From assembly GCF_964204645.1 (NCBI RefSeq), contig NC_134027.1:806001-870000 (forward strand): a stretch of DNA of 64,000 nucleotides, given 5' to 3'. Positions 37,879 through 52,026 of this stretch are shown here, piece after piece. The notes below the pieces were generated by a model. The model did no database searches. It had not been told where the DNA came from and worked only from the letters and a program-made list of their open reading frames with translations. The translations under genes were made by a program, and so were the position numbers. How positions within the stretch are numbered: the stretch's first letter is position 1; each line of letters opens with the position of its first letter. This DNA is from Tubulanus polymorphus. Taxonomy: Eukaryota > Animalia > Nemertea.

Positions 37879-40588
37879 TTAAATGCAATAAATCAACGCA
37901 AATAAACCACTAGAAATCACTATTGACGAATAAAGAGATTGTGTACGTGTACTGCCATCAACTCCGGATTCAATTTCTTGTACTTCGAATTCATTTCCGT
38001 CCATCGTACTTAGATCAGATTGTACGGTAGCCGGTGATGTCGTTTTGTGTTTTCGGTGTCGTTTTTTGTTCGCGGCGTATCGCTCGTCACCGGGCACTGC
38101 TGCCTTGCACGCAGTCGTCAGCGGTGCTTCTGCCGTCTTTCGTAAAAGATCGGCAATTTCCGGACCGCATTTCGTCAGAATTCGATGGACACATTTCTGC
38201 CCCTTTCTGCGAACTCTGAAATGAAATAGGATTGAAATTGATTTCAATGTAAGAAAGTATAAACTATACCGGTAGCGACATCTCTAGCTTAAATGGCAAA
38301 CTCACCTGCATAATTCGCTGACGTCATCGTGACGTATTTGCGCAGTATTTTCTATTTCTCGTCGGACGCAACGTTGTATTCTATACTTGTGTTTCAGTAT
38401 ACACGGCGAGGCTTCCCGGTATACTATAAATAGATATGCAAATGAGATTCAGAAAAATTATCAATACGGTATGCAAAACGCGTTATGACGTCATAGAATA
38501 ATGTCATACAGTCGTCTATTGTTAGACCTTGCCGCGCGGTTGTATCTAGAATGATGAAAAGGTTTTACAAACAACTTCAAGTTCAGTCGTAATATGGATG
38601 AAACTTTTAAGAACAGTTAATTGGTTCTGTTGCAGACCCGGTCTCATTGGTTTCCATATAGACTGTAACTGTCTATAATTCAATTAAGATACCCACAAAT
38701 ATCAAGAAAACTAAGCCGGACACAAACTAGTTTTAAAAGAGGATAGTGTCCCCCTCGACTGATGCAGATCATGATTTACTTGCATGGTACTGTAAGGTGC
38801 CGCCGGTCTTTGTCGTTTTAATTCGTTATTATTTCATGTTATATCAACTCACTGTTAGTTTTATTACAGTAATAACCGATCATTGGACGTAAAGCTTCAA
38901 CGTTGAAAATCTGATGAAATTTCTCCACGTCGCCGCAATGTTTAATTCTATTATCGATGCATTGTATCGCCGCTTGGTATTTCCCCTCCCTGAAATATAG
39001 AAGAGTCACTCAAATTCATTACCTGACAAACTCAAATTTTAACAAGAACAATCCCTAGCTGCAAAAATGGCCACACTCATTAAATAATCAACAAGTCTTA
39101 CAGTGAAAATCGAGTTTATCCGATTGACATGATAATAAGATAATAAGTGACGTCACTGGGGATCAATGGCAGCCATGTTTTCTGACTGGTATAGAGATGG
39201 CTCATACCTGCATTGTCTCTCGACTGTATCAGGATCTGCGCTGCCTAGCACCGGCACAAATCTTTCTATCGTATGAAAATTTGCTGATTTCGCTGGTTGT
39301 AGATTTTTCATGCATTTCATTAGTTCTTTCAACAGTTGCCTAGGTGGACACGGTGACGTCATCGCTGATAAAGCTACAAGATATAGCAAAGGATAAACCC
39401 CCTCTTCACAGTTCTGTGAGTAGAACAGTTGGTTCTCGGTGAACCCCCTCCCCTAACAGTTTTGAGAAGCAAAGCCATAAAAGGTTCTCGGGAAAAAGAA
39501 TTATACAAATCAGAAAACCGAAAAAGAGAATACGCGAATGATTTATTGAAACATCCCCCACCCCCGACTACATCACAAAAATCGCTTTTGATCACGCGTA
39601 GACAATGTGTTTCAGCAATAACTGTCTGCAAGATACATTTGCTAATTGCATAAGTTTCTCCCAAGACGAAATCGAATGTAAAATGCCGCGTTACGGGCGG
39701 TTGTTGCGAGCGGCGGTTTGAATAGGTTGGTATGTGTAATTGCTGCACGCTGCTGCAGGGAATGTGATGTTTTTTTATAGGTTTGAAAGATCACTTTCTC
39801 CGGTAACGACGAATAAATTATCAATCGCGCGATCAAAGGAACTAATCCGTGGAGAGCTCAGCCATAAATCGATACCCAATCCGACCTGCGCCTTCTTGGT
39901 CACATCAGGGATGTTCCAACCTCCCTGGTCACAGACCGTCAGTCTCAAATAGCTCACATACCCAATCTCTTCTCGGGGTCGCTGAAAGCACTTACTCAAA
40001 ACTGGTGCCCCTCCAAATAACATATGAGACTGATAAATTATGGTTTTTCATTATTAGGATTCAAAATTGTGCCAGCTGGTCTTGATCTGGTTCCTACAGG
40101 TAAACCGAGCTTCTGCGTCCACGGCCTTCAGATGGTTATTGATGGAATGTATTACAGCTCGATGTGGTGAGATCTGTGTGGATTAGATCAGATCAGAGAC
40201 AGCGCGGGATCCGTGGCTTAAATCTTAAATCCGATAGATATCAAGGGAAATAACGATAACTATTGATAGATTAGTTTGATATTTCACTCTCTATCGATAT
40301 ATCGGTCACTGTGGTCAGTATGGTCATTGTTATGAGCGGTCTTATCGACTGGTCTTAAAATCTAAGCTAAACTTGGTCCAGGGGCCAGTTGCACAGTCGT
40401 GACTTAAGTCCAAAAGTGGTCTTAAATCTTAACACTGGTCTTATGTTGTTAGACTGGCTATAGAACTAAGTTGGTCTTAGACTGGTCTTAAGTCTAAGCC
40501 ATGACTATGCAACCGGCCTACGTAGTAAAGTCAACTTACCCGTACAAAGTGAAATGATAGTAAACCACTGAAACGTCATCCAAACCAT
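37879..40588 (-). CDS. Secreted/GPI-type cysteine-patterned helical protein (268 aa, 12 Cys in two 6-Cys halves; DUF19-like by pattern)
   Basis: Phase-consistent exons 40588-40540, 39373-39208, 38989-38853, 38423-38306, 38215-37879 (807 nt). Signal peptide MVWMTFQWFTIISLCTALSA, regular Cys spacing, S/T linker and hydrophobic C-terminus LYSSIVISSGLFALIYCI. Confidence 0.85.
40383..40518. mobile_element. MITE-like element with ~24-bp imperfect terminal inverted repeats (intronic)
   Basis: GGCCAGTTGCACAGTCGTGACTTA...TAAGCCATGACTATGCAACCGGCC with internal TGGTCTTA repeats. Relatives at about 26400, 35510, 42790, 54100 and 62190. Confidence 0.8.
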
Positions 40589-41311
40589 CCTTGTCACTGG
40601 TTTATCTCGTAAATGACTAGTATGATAAAGTCATCGCTCTAGAACAAAGACGGCGTCATTATTGAGTTTGTTCGTTTTGACATTTGCATTTTCTTTTATA
40701 TTTGATTTTTCTTTTGAGGATTTCTATTTTTCTTCATCGATTTCTATAAAACTTGTTAGTGTTGCGCGTGTCTATAGCAACCAGTTTATATTGATCGTCC
40801 GATTGAATATTGAAAATGAATAATTTGTAAAAATTCGCAATAACCCAGTTGTAGTTTAAATCTGAATTTGGAGTTACATGTCTAGTTCCACAGGGCTTTT
40901 AATTTGCGAGGTATGGAAAACGATTTCATACAAAGAATTCTCTATGAAATAGAATGGAGGATTATGTCATATATAATAGTGTTGTGAAAGCCTTACTCCA
41001 GTCAAACAATAAAAATGTCATGTATAAACACTGGTATAAATATCTCTCACATAATATAACAGTCTTACCTGGATAATTTATGTGTGTCGAATTGGTGCCA
41101 TAGGTTTTTTTCACTGTGTCTTTCCGATAGTAAAATATCTTTTTTCGAGACTCCTTTGTTCAAATGTCATGTATACACGCCATAGACCTCATAACTTTGG
41201 CCGAAAATGATTATATTTCCCCAAGTTCTTTATTCAAATATAGTTCATTATCATCCAGCACCCAGCATTCCATCCGTATAAAGTCCTGATATTGAGTTGT
41301 TTTGCACTAAA

Positions 41312-41462
41312 ACCCAGTTCCACAGTTGTGAGTAAAATAGTCGAGAGTCTGCGGAACTGGATCTGGTTCCACAGTTTTGTCGGTAAAGTTTGACTTTAAA
41401 ACTGAAATGAATTCAGTATCAATGTTTTAACTCCTAAGATTCAAGAACTATGACACTGGATC
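41312..41462. mobile_element. Two short foldback elements of the CCAGTTCCACAGTT family
   Basis: CCAGTTCCACAG...CTGCGGAACTGG and a second adjacent copy. The family is also seen at about 19535, 26925, 28850, 35200, 35705 and 63545. Confidence 0.65.
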
Positions 41463-43272
41463 CAATAGTTAACAAACCCCATACCACGCAACATAACAAA
41501 CGACTTCAGTATCCGAGCGACTGACCCAGGATCACTCGAGCATCTCATCCAGAATCATCACCGGCGGGAGCTGTCACCTCGCTGCGATTATAGCATCTTA
41601 CCCTCGATATCTCGATCACTGGTTTGTAATTTATAGCACAGTTCGCACAACACAGCCGCTGAATTTAAAAAAATATCTTTTGCAGAAGGGAATTTTTGTA
41701 GTAAAACATTCCCTGAATCAGTCCCATAAATCAAACTTTATTGTAACATGCAATTCAAATATGATTGTTTAATGATCTATTCAAGAAAAAGAGAACTGAA
41801 TTCTAGTCGCTGTGGCTGTTTCATTGTAAAATTCTCGTGTACAGAACTGAGCCCCACAGAGCCATGACATGGAGACCTTTTATCTCACATGCTAGACAGA
41901 GCAATCCGAAACTGACCCATTTGGTCAATCTCTAGATTGCGCACGAGTGGTCTACGAGTGTGAGGATCTACCAGAAATCAGGGTCACGTAAAATGATAAA
42001 CTACAAAGGTTCCAATTCACGCGAAAACAAAACATTAACTTCCTAGATGAAATTCAGATCTTCTGCAGTATCAATGCTTCATATCAAAGTCCTCACCCGA
42101 TTTTTCATAAAGGTTTTGAAATTTACACAAAAAAGGAATAGTTGCGCGCTTTCGGCACCAGGGGGCAGGTATTCTCGATTATTCATTGCATTATTATGAT
42201 ATATCATATATCGCATACGCGTCAATTACCATTTTATATTTGAAACATATGAAAGCGTAAAGCTTTGCGTATAAAATCCACATGGTGCATGCAGGTGTGA
42301 GCGGATTACAGTTTATATGTAAAATCAGTTATTGCAACGGAATTTAGATTAATTACTGATATAAACAGCATAGAAATTCTACAGAGACATTCCCGACGTG
42401 TAATCGGGGACTCTGTGTGCAGGAAACCTGTATAGAAGACAGTGTTCGGTTGAGTCTAGTCTTCAGTCTCGAGGTAAAAGAAAAAACCTTTGGTTGAAAT
42501 AATTTCGATTTTTCACTTACTATAAAAATAATTCATACGGAAATGTATGGATTTTTTAATGACGTGATTTAATTTTTAAATTAAAAATAAATTCATTCAT
42601 TCATAACTCAAAATATGTAAACTGTCTAATCAACTGTGGAACAGTTGTTGATCGTTTGATATCCCACAGATTCCATGTAGGACCAAATTGTTACTATGAA
42701 CTGGACCAGTTCTAATTAATAATGACAATAATAATCTTTATTTACATTGAAATTACAACATAATATAACACAAATAATATTCCTACGGTCGTGACTTACA
42801 TTCAATATATTGTGGCCATAGATCGTGAGTCTGGTTTTAAGTTGTGAGAATGGTTATAAAATCAATTTTGTGTTAGACTATAATCTTAAATGTAGTAACG
42901 ACTGTACGGCTTGAGTGGTCTTAAAATCTAAGATTATCATGACCGTGCGCGAATCTATCTAGTGACAGTGGGTGCACAAAGTCCGAGCACGATTTTGCTA
43001 GAAAGATGGTAAACTTTTCGAGGAAATGCCGAATTGTTTTAGCACAAAACTGGACAACCTTTGATTTAAACGATCGTTGTGTGAACTTCTCCAAGCTGAA
43101 CTCATAAAAACGATAATTTTCTAAACGAGAAATAGGTTTATTATTGCAAGGTCTTTGTGTCAGGGTTCAGTTCAGGAAACAAAGACACGTTCGTTCAAAA
43201 AGCTCGTTCGGACTAATAGAGCTATTCTATATTATATTTGTGTATTTATAAATACATATTTTCAGTAGACGA

Positions 43273-43430
<158 letters not shown>

Positions 43431-43911
43431 GGTGCATGTTCTTGTTATTCTATATTTCGTGGACTATATAAAAGCACTATTTTCTCGATTTAGCTCGATT
43501 TACTGAATGGTCATTAACTGATACAGCACAAACCTACAGCACAGGTAAAAATCTTATAAACAGATCTAGCAGAATAAACAAATATTTATCTTTCTAACTC
43601 GTAGATCTAGCAGAATTCGTTAATTCGGGAAGATTTGATCGGGTTAGAATATGGAAACTGCAGTTCAAACTTAATTTTCTCATAGCTTATTAACTTAAGG
43701 TCGGTTAAAATTTCTTCGTTCGTCAAAATCTTTTAATATATCCTTTTACAAAATCTAACTATGATGTAAGATCTTTTAGATTTTGTGGACTAACGCTTTG
43801 GAGAATTTTGAATAATTATAGTAACATCTTTTAATTTTGTGAACCAATAAATTCGGATAATTTTGAATAACCTAACTATCAATTTTTTTTAGGTCAAACG
43901 GTGGCGCCACC

Positions 43912-45339
43912 ATGGCATTGAAAATGGTACAAATCATAGAGCAAGTGATCACGCGTAAAACAGCGTTGGAGATTTATTTGAGCGATGTGGAGAACGAAAC
44001 GTCTGCTAAACTGCACCAGGTCGAAGATTTTGAGACGGTCCTCCGTACGACCGGGGACCGTCTCAGAATACAACTGGACTCATGGATTCAAGATTTGAAA
44101 GATGAAACCACGGCGATTCACAACGATTTATCGACCAGTTTAAGAACAGCCACCGCCGCCGCCGATTCCGAAACGAACGCGAATATATTTTCGGATGATT
44201 CCGGGATTAATTCCGATACGGAAAGATCCGAACCCGGTGAGGAATCGATAGGTAAATCTAGCAACGAAAACTCAGTTGAAATTTCTAACGATGATAGCGA
44301 TTATAATCTCAGCACCAACGAGCAAATACCAGTAGCGCCCCCTAGTGATCAGTGTACGAGGAAAAACCCCACTGAGCATTTCTCAGATGATAAAGCGCCC
44401 CCTAGTGTTCAGCGCACAGACAACAATGAGCAGATTTCCTCAGATTTTAACGTTCGCCCTAGTGATCAAACGACCAATGAGCGAATTCCCTCCATTTATA
44501 TAGCGCCCCCTTGTGTTCAATGCGTACGAGTGACGTCTATCGGTCGTAATATGAACTGCGCTTCTCGTTGCCTAGACGACCGTTTGATTGTTGACGGGAG
44601 CTCGGTGGATTCGTGGTTGGAATCGGTTGAATTCGGATTCAAAAATCGCGCCTCAAATTCCGCTACCAACGATCGAGAATACAAAGATGACGATGATACA
44701 AACGATGATTCGAGGAAAAATGTAATCAAACGAGGGTTCGTTCATACTGAACACGGAACCTATGTGAATATAAAATCTGGACGTACTGGCGCCCTCTATA
44801 TGATAAACACGGCACTATACGCCACGAATGGACGAACCCTGGTCGGTTTGAATATTTCGGCAGATATCGAAGAACCCAATTTCGTCTGCTTATCTGTGGA
44901 TGGGTTCATTACCGATCTAACGGGTAGAGCGGGTACTAACGATATCATAGTTTCAACCGATACCCAAACGATCTATCTGATATCACCCCTTATCCGAGAA
45001 ATGGGACGGATGGAAATAAAAAGCGAACTGGATCTGTCCCGAACCGTGGAAGGGAACGAGTGTTGCTCGTTCACGCTGTTAAGCCAGGAATCACACCGTA
45101 TTCTTGTCATGTTGTCTAAAACTAAGAGTTCCACTCAGTTTTCCACGTTAGTCAAGATTTGGCAAGTCGAAATAGACGATGATGAACGCCTTTGTAACCC
45201 GAAACCAGTTTATCGGTTTCCGAGGTGGTCGGTGGTGACCAGAGGATGTGACCAAGTGTCTGATCAGTTACTCTACACCCGCAGTGGACACGACCGAGAA
45301 GATTCGTTAAAACGCGTTGATAAATTCGTATTCGTTTAA
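43912..45339 (+). CDS. Uncharacterised 475-aa protein: N-terminal coiled coil, acidic linker with APPS repeats, beta-rich C-terminal half (TRIM/NHL-like architecture is inference)
   Basis: Long ORF, strong Kozak context GCGCCACCATGG just after a TTTTTTTTAG acceptor, heptad-like N-terminal ~80 aa. Confidence 0.8.
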   Translation: MALKMVQIIEQVITRKTALEIYLSDVENETSAKLHQVEDFETVLRTTGDRLRIQLDSWIQDLKDETTAIHNDLSTSLRTATAAADSETNANIFSDDSGINSDTERSEPGEESIGKSSNENSVEISNDDSDYNLSTNEQIPVAPPSDQCTRKNPTEHFSDDKAPPSVQRTDNNEQISSDFNVRPSDQTTNERIPSIYIAPPCVQCVRVTSIGRNMNCASRCLDDRLIVDGSSVDSWLESVEFGFKNRASNSATNDREYKDDDDTNDDSRKNVIKRGFVHTEHGTYVNIKSGRTGALYMINTALYATNGRTLVGLNISADIEEPNFVCLSVDGFITDLTGRAGTNDIIVSTDTQTIYLISPLIREMGRMEIKSELDLSRTVEGNECCSFTLLSQESHRILVMLSKTKSSTQFSTLVKIWQVEIDDDERLCNPKPVYRFPRWSVVTRGCDQVSDQLLYTRSGHDREDSLKRVDKFVFV

Positions 45340-48300
45340 TGGTTAATTTAAATATAACGGCTATAACGGTCGCTTCCCGGGGAGGGGGTCACATTTATCC
45401 CATGATGTCGATACTACGGTTTGGTTTCCATCACGCGAACATAGAATATACTTAAAGAAACGGTTTCAGACCGTTTCCTAACGAATATCTCAAAACTGCA
45501 CTCTACCGACCAAGCCAATCAGTGATTGTGGATCTGTTCAAACTAGTCTACGTACCTCACAACATTAAGTCTTTCAAGTCTCAGAGAGGACCAGTTGTTC
45601 AAAGGATTTGCTTAAATCAAACCATCAGGATCCAGCCCCTCAGTCGTGTGTTATTAGAGTTAACCAATGGTTAACATCCGAAATCATTCATCCGAAAGTT
45701 ATGAACCAATTTTTGAGCAACCCGGCTCAATAGTGATAAAATGCTGATAATGAAGTCTTTTGTCACTAACTTAACTTTTACAAACTTTTGGGCAACTAGC
45801 TCCAATGCATGTACACATTGCATCTACCGATAACTTACTTACTATTCATATATACATCTATACATTTTACGCTAATTGTTATAAGTTCTATATATGAAAT
45901 AAAAACTGGCGACACTTTTTTTAGTTATTCTTTAAAAACGAAAGTTTTGATTCGATCTTGCATTTTGTATTGGATCTGCTGGAGTCAACTCTCGTGAGAA
46001 TATATCCGAGGATAGGAACTCGGTGCACTCAGAAATAAAGAAAATGAACCTTTATTAGATTATACTCCGGCCTCCTACGTGAGTAAACGCGAGAGATGGC
46101 GATGAAGCATCTGGCAGAGCGAAAAGCGGACAGCTCCGGTATCTCTGTCTCTCACTGCGATCTGCTTCCAGTCCGCAACCGGTGCCGGTTTCACTCATGC
46201 GTTCAACTCTTACACTTACATCATACACTAAACAGAATGTACGTCCTACCAACTACTTCCATCCTCGTTCAAATAGGAGTTATTTTATCCGCGATTGGTA
46301 AGTGGACATTTCAGAAATATAATATTTCTTATTGTTTCTTTATGAGTTTTTTCGTAGTATCCAGGAACCAGTGAATATGAGGCAGATCATTGGTCAAACT
46401 AATTACTATTTCATTTATATCTATTCATTCAATTCATTGACGAGTCAAGATGATCTATTATTATCAAAATATCTCTATTGTGTAGTGGAAATATTTGGTA
46501 AGTTTTTTTTAGATACTAGTTTATCAATCAAGCGTGTCTTCAATTTACAATTTCCATATACAAGTGACTGTCTATGATAAACCCGCAGAAGAAATACAAA
46601 GAGAATAGTGACGTTTAGACTCAATTTTGTGAGGCATTTTTAAGACTGATAAAGAATGTTCACTTTTTTCATTTTAGTCCATTAGCACATAATATTAAGT
46701 AATGATTTTACCAATTCTAATACGTATGTTTTGACACATGTACTTGACACATTCGTATCGAAGACACTTCAATATAAAGACGTATTTTGTGCATCACTAT
46801 TATGTTTTGTATACTGTTCGTAGTTTCTATGTTTACGACTATTTGAATAACGAATGCTATTTGCCGTTAACTATGTATTTGTAGAGACGCGCATTGAGCT
46901 CTCGGGAATCATTCCTCTCACGAAGCCGTCAATTTATATTGCTTTCATTTTATTTCGCATGAAAAATGAAGAGATTAAGACGTTTAAGGGTGATCGTTTG
47001 CGATATATTTATGACCACGCGCCGCTCGTCCAGGGCAGTCCCCGGTTTGAAGAGATTATAAATTACATAAAACCTGTCTTCGGCATGAAACAGTTTTTCA
47101 TTTGTTAGATTGTCTTTAGATGAACCGTTGCTCCGGGGACCACGACGGTGACGAGTTAGAATTGAAAACTGATTTAACTCATTAGCAATGAGCTAGGGTT
47201 AGCAGTCACGAGATCACGGGTTTCAAGATCAGTATCTATTCCTTAAACAAGTTATAGCGATATAGACTGACTTACAGACGTGATAAAAGATTTTTTCTAA
47301 TACTTCGAATACAGAACTCATGAAATTTATGGTTCAGCTTATATCCCAGACAATTTGACCTATTTCAGGACCTGACTTATCTGCCATATAACCCAAAAAT
47401 CAAGCAAAATATCGCCGAAAAACAGATATCACCAATTAATGAATTGGCATTAGTGTAATCACAATCATCGCAAATAGAGAATGATAAAAATGTAGAAAAA
47501 TAAATCCTAATTGCTGCGTTCATTCGCTACTTGTTTTTCTACCCAAAAATATGATTAACTCGCCGTGTTAGAAACATCCGAAACATTAGCCGGTAATAAA
47601 GGTCAATCTGTGATTTTCAATTTCCGCCCGAGCGATCGATCGATGCAGCCCCAGAAAAAACCAGCCACATAATATCACACAGCGACATTCGATTTGTCAA
47701 CGCAATCTGCAATAAACATTCTTATTCGTTTGGTCACCGCGCAAATCAACTTATAGCCAGTAATGTTACACCAGCGTTGCTTTATCAATATCAATTCCAA
47801 TGACATAAATTGCGAATTGTTTAGATGTTTGCTCTGACGGATGATAGATTCTCGACTCGTGTGCACGCTTCTTGACGGCCAGTTTGTCATAAAGTAATAT
47901 GAATCACTTGTGTGATTTTTCGATCTAAGTTGGATTCGCTAACGCCGTAAATGACAGGTCTATCGCAGTATTCATCTATCAGCGTCGAGCTCGTCCGTTA
48001 AAACCGTGGGATAATCTCTCGCAGAGACTCGCACTCATTGGTTTTATTCGCCGGATCGTCCACAACTCTTCAGCACCTTCTCCTAGTGATAGCACTGATC
48101 CACCATACCACCTACAAATAAATATTCACAAATCTCAAAAGTTACCAAAATAGGGATTCTATACCATGCACGGCACACAGTCTATAAACCACTTATTGGT
48201 AAACGATAATTTCCATCAAGAACTGAATTCTTTATCAAAGAAGTCCTCTTACTTTTATTGATAATTAATCATATTCATATCCACGGGTATACTAACAGTG

Positions 48301-48364
48301 CTTTTAAAAACATTGTTTATCACTATTAGATTACGTGAAATTCATAAATTCAATAGATTAGTAT

Positions 48365-48612
<248 letters not shown>

Positions 48613-49059
48613 ATGGTTTTTTTTGTATTTGTGAATAGATGGTCTTAAATAGGGCAGGTGTTAACACGCGTGTAGCCAAACGGGTCATTAACAGAAGAAA
48701 TAGTGACGCAAAGAGTAATGAAACATTAAACGGAAATGACATGCCTTGACTGATGACTGCCGTAAGAAAACATCTAGTGGATTTACCTATTAGTTTGTTA
48801 CCTTCACAGCCTATTGATTAAATGACCATCACAAACACCAAACCCGCGCATACGACGCCATTAATCGACTACATTAAGACTGGAGAAATCTTTCCCGTGG
48901 AACCCGCGTGGTTCGATCAGATGGAGATCGTGGTGATAGTAAATAGTACCGCCGTCGCGCTAAGTAATGGGGACGTTATGACGACTTCTCCTTCCCTCGC
49001 AGCTGCGGCAAGGCGAAATCTGTATTCCAAACCTTCACAGCTTAAGGCGAAGTTGCAGT

Positions 49060-49450
49060 TCTTGGTGAACCCCTCTATTAACTGCTGTGACATTAACTGC
49101 TGCTGCTGCTGCTCGATGAACCCCTTTTACAGCAGGGTTCATGGTGAACCGTCAATCTTTGACAAATAAGGCAAAGCCACAATACATTCTCGGGAACCCC
49201 TCCTACCCTACTATTGTAACAGCAACAATTTCTTGACTATGACAGCCAAAAAAGTTCTCGGTGAACCCCTTTTACAGCTAGGACAATTAAGCAGGGTTCA
49301 TGGTGAACCACCAATCCACCACAAATAAGGCAAGGCCACAATAAAACCTCGGTGAACCCCTCATAGTCACAAACCAGTTCTTCAACTCTCCTCCCGTATG
49401 TAATGCAAGGGCGGATACAGTTCTCGGTGAACTCTCTCACCCTCCCTTAA
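49060..49450. repeat. Degenerate interspersed repeat with recurring GGTGAACCCC / TTCTCGGTGAAC motifs
   Basis: Internal ~160-bp duplication (49115-49200 vs 49260-49360); a related copy lies at 39390-39495. Confidence 0.6.
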
Positions 49451-50573
49451 CTGTCGAGAGAGATAGACATGGGGAGACAAAAATATCATATATCTTTATT
49501 AACTCTGAATATATTGTATGATAATGCAGTATATTTTTTACAGTAGATGGTTAAGTTTAGCACCGCGGCGAAAATCGCCTCCGACGTTTATTCCGGCATC
49601 GTTTATTGGAAATAAATGACGCCATTTGGGACCCCGTTAACGAAGGCATCCGCCCGGTCGAGACAACGCGTCATAAAACATTCGCCATGAATCTGTATAC
49701 AGTATAGAAAAAATAAACTGACCTTCATTGAAAGATGTGTTAGCTAGAGGAGAGGAAACGGGGATGCAGGGAGGGAGGGTTATGTTTGGGTAAAAGATGA
49801 TTAAGGGGTCGGAATAGATGTTCGCATCTGTAGAGATGAAGGGAGGGTGGAATGAGGAAATATAGGCGAGATGGTAAGAATACAGAGGATATCTAGCGTG
49901 TAAGAGTATACAAAGAAATGGCCGTGACACCCCTATACAGCGCAGTGATATCATTTTATGTGACCCTGGTCTCTGGTAGATCGTGCTCAATACGAACCGG
50001 AATAATCCTTACACAGACCACTCATGCGCAATCTATAGATTGACCAAAAAGGTCAGTTTTGGATTGTTCTGGTACAAACCACAGTTTGTGGCGTGCGAGA
50101 CAAAAGGTCTCCATGTTATTGTGATGACGGCTGTGTGGGGCTCAGTTCTGAACACGAGAATTTTACAATGAAACAGCGACAGTGACTAGAATATTATAGT
50201 TTTATTCCTGATATGTTGATATGTTGTATTTGACTGTTATACTGTCACCTTGAGAAATAACGAAAACACGGAAAATGAAATTCGATCTGCTTTTTGTGTG
50301 AAATATAGTGAATATGAAGTAATTTTATTTTCTCAGGCAAAGTAAATTCATTGAAAACCTCTCCTTTATAAATATATGAATGTAGTTGAATTTATGCACA
50401 CGTTCCGCAACTTATTTCATCAGTAGTGAATGGAAGCAGTTTATATCAACACGAAGAGAATATTTCTAGATTTAATTTACGTCTCATTCACTGAAAGTTT
50501 TACTGATGAATTCATTCAAATTCCACACAATAGAAAAATCAAATAGTTCAACTGTTTCTACAGAGATTGTGAG

Positions 50574-51668
50574 ATGTTTGAATACAACATTACCAGTACA
50601 AGTGTTACATTGACTACAACTCAACTCTGGTGTCAGAGTGTTCAAACTCGCCCTGTTAAATGGTTTTACAAATTCAATGTTTTAGTATATCTAGGCTGGT
50701 ATCTACCGGCGTCAGTACTGGGATTAATATTCAATGCATTCACGTTGTTTGTTCTAAAACGATTTAAATCTGATGTTTATTTTCTCATCAAAATTCTCGC
50801 TGTAAACGATCTTTTGTTTATGATCGCTACATTCATTCTGTATCCGCTTAGAACTGCGTACATTTACGCCGTTTTGGGGGATATTCTGTTTCGCGTAGAT
50901 GACTGGCATTTTGGTTGGATTTTTATCTCGGTCGCTGTGCCGTTTTTCTACATGTTTCAGATGACGCGTAACTGGTGCACTGTACTGCTCAGTATAGAGC
51001 GGTTAATCGTCGTATTGTTTCCTATAAAATCTCGTAAATTTCCCAAGAAGTTGATATCAGTTTGGGCGATCGTGTTTATTTCACTGTTAAGTTTTTGTGG
51101 CCACTCAATTCTCTTTCTACCAACTCGCGGTTTGGGATTCATGAACTGTCCCTCGTATTGGCCATATATAATCCGGCCATACAAACACAGATATTTTCCT
51201 GGTTGGCTTATGAAAAAGTTTAACAGGTGGCATTTTACAATATCACAGCGCCTTTTGTTTATGTATCTTACTGCTATTCTTCCAATTTGTATTTTGATTT
51301 TCATCAATATAATTCTTATTTCGGTGATATTTTACCGTCGGGTTACTCGACGTTCACAGCTCGGTGTAACTGATGAATCGTCTAGAAGGGAAATGAGGGT
51401 TTTAAGGATGGTTTTATCTGTAGTTTTATTGTTTATTATTTGTGAAGGGTTTGGTTTTATCGACCGTTTAGTGGGTTTCGGGGACACTAAATCGCCAAAC
51501 ATCGTAGGTATGAGACAAATAGCGTTAGGATTTTCTATCATTGATTCGTCAGTTAATTTTATCGTGTATTGTGTAACAAACGTAAAATTCAGAAAAGTAG
51601 CAATTGATATTTTAAAGTCATTATTTCGTAAACGATACGAGCCTCGAATGGATAAAATACATCACTAG
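50574..51668 (+). CDS. Intronless class-A (rhodopsin-like) GPCR, FMRFamide-receptor-like / putative chemoreceptor clade, 364 aa
   Basis: Seven hydrophobic segments; TM1 GLIFN, TM2 LAVND, TM3 SIERLIVVLFP, TM5 ILP, TM7 SSVNFIVY, helix 8 KFR; N-terminal NIT glycosylation site. Confidence 0.93.
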   Translation: MFEYNITSTSVTLTTTQLWCQSVQTRPVKWFYKFNVLVYLGWYLPASVLGLIFNAFTLFVLKRFKSDVYFLIKILAVNDLLFMIATFILYPLRTAYIYAVLGDILFRVDDWHFGWIFISVAVPFFYMFQMTRNWCTVLLSIERLIVVLFPIKSRKFPKKLISVWAIVFISLLSFCGHSILFLPTRGLGFMNCPSYWPYIIRPYKHRYFPGWLMKKFNRWHFTISQRLLFMYLTAILPICILIFINIILISVIFYRRVTRRSQLGVTDESSRREMRVLRMVLSVVLLFIICEGFGFIDRLVGFGDTKSPNIVGMRQIALGFSIIDSSVNFIVYCVTNVKFRKVAIDILKSLFRKRYEPRMDKIHH

Positions 51669-51889
51669 CTGTTATCAGTTCAGTGCTGCTAAATTCTTCA
51701 ACGTTTGCATCAGACCAGTTATTCCTACTCTGAATTCTAGTAAAAGAGAGTTTTTAAGACGAACGGAATTTTTTTTATATACCTGGTCACAAAAAGTAAT
51801 TTAGAGCAGAATCGAAAAAGTTGGACAGGGTGTTTTTGGTGTTATGGGGAAGGAGAAAGAGAAGTGAGGGAATTAGATATAAAATCTGT

Positions 51890-51980
51890 AGAGGGGGAGA
51901 GAGGGAGAGAGAGGGGTGAGAGAGAGAGAGAGAGAGGGAGAGAGAGGGGTGAGAGAGAGAGAGAGAGAGAGGGGGAGATA
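51890..51980. repeat. (GA)n-rich polypurine tract
   Basis: GA/GGGA run. Confidence 0.9.
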
Positions 51981-52026
51981 GGGGATGGGATCGGGATATA
52001 TTATGAGAGGTGAGAATACAAGCTGG

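Noticed and set aside
46096-46374. 92-aa ORF with internal GTAAGT donor
   Set aside because: No recognisable domain or partner exons; unsupported.
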